Positions 62,333-64,000 of a DNA stretch of 64,000 nucleotides are shown here, piece after piece. Every line of letters begins with the position of its first letter. Position 1 is the first letter of the stretch. The stretch lies in contig JANQNK010000004.1 of assembly GCA_028279595.1 (NCBI GenBank), positions 160,001 to 224,000 of the forward strand, read 5' to 3'. The notes below the pieces were generated by a model. It was given only the letters and a program-made list of their open reading frames with translations. It ran no database searches and was not told where the DNA came from. The stretch is from Thermoplasmatota archaeon (GTDB lineage: Archaea > Thermoplasmatota > JAKEGO01). A program made the translations under genes and the position numbers.

Positions 62333-63193
62333 ATGTTCGACAAGGACAAGTTCATAGACGCTGCCGTCAAAGGTCTCCGCGACGGCGTCGTGGAGCTGCC
62401 GCCGGACGTCACCGAGAGGATACGGACGGCGTACGAGAACGAGACGAGCGACATCGCCAGGATGCAACTGAAGGCGATACTGGACAACATCGACCTCGCC
62501 CACGATGAGGGTCTACCTTTGTGCCAGGACACGGGCGTTCAGCTCTTCTTCGTCAAGGCTGGCTACGATTTCCCTTACCTGTCAGATGTCATGAAAGCGA
62601 TACCGGAGGCGATAGAACGGGCGACGGCCGAGGTGCCCTTGAGGCCGAACACGGTCGATCCGTTCACCGGCGTCAATCCGAAGAACAACCTCGGGCACAA
62701 CATGCCGGCCGTGACTGTCGAGCTTGTCGAGGGCGACGGCGCCACTGTCATCGTATTTCCAAAGGGCGGCGGGAGCGAGAACATGTCCGCTCTCTGGATG
62801 CTCACGCCCGCAGAGGGTTTCGACGGTGCAAAGAGGAAGATCCTGGAACAGATGCAGTATGCCGCGGGGAAACCGTGCACCCCAGTGGTGCTGGGCATCG
62901 GGTTCGGCGGCGGCGCCGACATCGCACTCAAGCTCGCCAAGAAGGCGCTCCTGAGACCGTTGGGGACGGAGAATCCGATCCCGGAGGTGGCGGCGATGGA
63001 GAAGGAATTGATGGACGACGTCAACTCAATCGGCATAGGCCCCATGGGGCTGGGCGGCAGGACGACCGCTCTTGGGGTCCACATCGAACATACGGTGAGG
63101 CATCCGGCGACGTTCCCGGTCGCCATGGTGGTCCAGTGCTGGTGCGACCGCCGGGCCATCGTCAAGCTCGACGTCAACGGGGAGGTGGTCTGA
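62333..63193 (+). CDS. fumA: Class I Fe-S fumarate hydratase alpha subunit
   Basis: PLCQDTG, KGGGSEN, PCTP, GIGPMGLGG, QCWCDRR. Fumarase rather than tartrate dehydratase is inferred from context. Confidence 0.85.
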   Translation: MFDKDKFIDAAVKGLRDGVVELPPDVTERIRTAYENETSDIARMQLKAILDNIDLAHDEGLPLCQDTGVQLFFVKAGYDFPYLSDVMKAIPEAIERATAEVPLRPNTVDPFTGVNPKNNLGHNMPAVTVELVEGDGATVIVFPKGGGSENMSALWMLTPAEGFDGAKRKILEQMQYAAGKPCTPVVLGIGFGGGADIALKLAKKALLRPLGTENPIPEVAAMEKELMDDVNSIGIGPMGLGGRTTALGVHIEHTVRHPATFPVAMVVQCWCDRRAIVKLDVNGEVV

Positions 63194-63789
63194 TGACCGA
63201 GTACAGGCTGCAGACTCCGATAGACGAAGAGACCATCGCCGGACTGAACGCCGGCGACATCATCTACATATCAGGGACCGTCTTCACGGCGCGTGACGAG
63301 GCTCACATGGAGCTTCTCAAGGACGGGGAGCCGGAGGGTCTGGACATGACCGGGCTCGGCCTCTACCACTGCGGACCGGTGATGAAGCAGACCGATGGAG
63401 TATGGCAGGTCGTCTCGGCCGGACCGACCACGTCGTTCAGGATGGAGACGCTCGAGCCGGGTTTCCTGGATATGTTCGGAGTCAAGGTCATCATCGGAAA
63501 GGGCGGAATGGGGCCGGGGACCCTGGCCGCGCTCGAAAAGCACAATGTCGTTTACGCGACCTTCACGGGGGGTGCTGGAGCGCTAGCTGCAAAGGGACTT
63601 GGTCGAGTGGCTGCAGTCCATTATCTTGAAGAGCTCGGCATGCCAGAAGCGGTCTGGATCTTCGAAGCAAAGGATTTCGGCCCTCTCGTTGTCTCGATGG
63701 ACGCTCACGGAAACTCGTTGTACGCCGACGTCGACGCTGAGACGAAGGCCAACCTGAAGGCTATCTTCGAGAGAAAGGGGCTTGACTGA
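63193..63789 (+). CDS. fumB: Class I Fe-S fumarate hydratase beta subunit
   Basis: TGATG overlap; TARDEAH, YHCGP, SAGPTTS.RM, IGKGGM, LGMPEAVW, MDAHGNS. Confidence 0.88.
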   Translation: MTEYRLQTPIDEETIAGLNAGDIIYISGTVFTARDEAHMELLKDGEPEGLDMTGLGLYHCGPVMKQTDGVWQVVSAGPTTSFRMETLEPGFLDMFGVKVIIGKGGMGPGTLAALEKHNVVYATFTGGAGALAAKGLGRVAAVHYLEELGMPEAVWIFEAKDFGPLVVSMDAHGNSLYADVDAETKANLKAIFERKGLD

Positions 63790-63792
63790 ACC

Positions 63793-64000
63793 TCATTCCA
63801 GGCGGTCTATCAGGTCGCCGAAGAAGCCCATCAGGGCATGGTACTCCCATTTGGTTATCACAGCGCGTCCGAAGATCCTTCTGTAGTAGGTCTCGACGCG
63901 CTCGCGGCGCGCGTCATCGTATTCAAGTATCTCAAGCAGCTCCGCCGCCCTCTCGACTAGCCTGTCGCGCTCGGATGCGGAGGCCTCCTCCTTCTCCGGG
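63793..64000 (-). CDS. C-terminus of a probable TrmJ-type (SPOUT) tRNA 2'-O-methyltransferase, truncated by window end
   Basis: Manual translation ...ERDRLVERAAELLEILEY...YYRRIFGRAVITKWEYHALMGFF...* resembles the TrmJ C-terminal helical domain. Confidence 0.55.
   Translation of the reverse strand, partial: PEKEEASASERDRLVERAAELLEILEYDDARRERVETYYRRIFGRAVITKWEYHALMGFFGDLIDRLE

Overview
High-GC archaeal DNA, most consistent with Thermoplasmatota. This is an inference from GGAGGTGA/GGTGA ribosome-binding sites, TATA-type promoters, a PGF-CTERM sorting signal, and PKD and NosD surface proteins. About 55 kb (8.6-63.8 kb) is one metabolic supercluster that encodes every step of an ATP-citrate-lyase-type (reductive) TCA cycle: aclBA, aconitase, monomeric IDH, a 4-subunit 2-oxoacid:ferredoxin oxidoreductase, sucCD, a soluble fumarate reductase flavoprotein with its Fe-S partner, a two-subunit class I fumarase and MDH. 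Interleaved with these is a 24-gene co-directional run (56215 to 28913, minus strand) carrying three ~1000-aa double-FAD HdrA proteins, two HdrBC pairs, FlxDCBA, an MvhD-wHTH fusion, a GlcD/GlcF-type 2-hydroxyacid dehydrogenase, a lipoate-protein ligase, a LarA racemase, OsmC and a stand-alone LbpA/GcvH-type lipoyl carrier. The most interesting reading is an archaeal rTCA cycle in which flavin-based electron bifurcation (NADH to ferredoxin plus fumarate) runs through a lipoylated protein thiol/disulfide carrier instead of CoM/CoB or DsrC. Unusual accessory proteins include one made of four tandem acetyl-CoA-synthetase C-terminal domains and one made of four tandem Lrp/AsnC-like ligand domains. 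Other features are a CTG-started second LarA, a MerR-GyrI gene with an internal start, large surface proteins, and two structured non-coding elements. I saw no tRNA, rRNA, CRISPR array, transposase or Sec/Pyl recoding.
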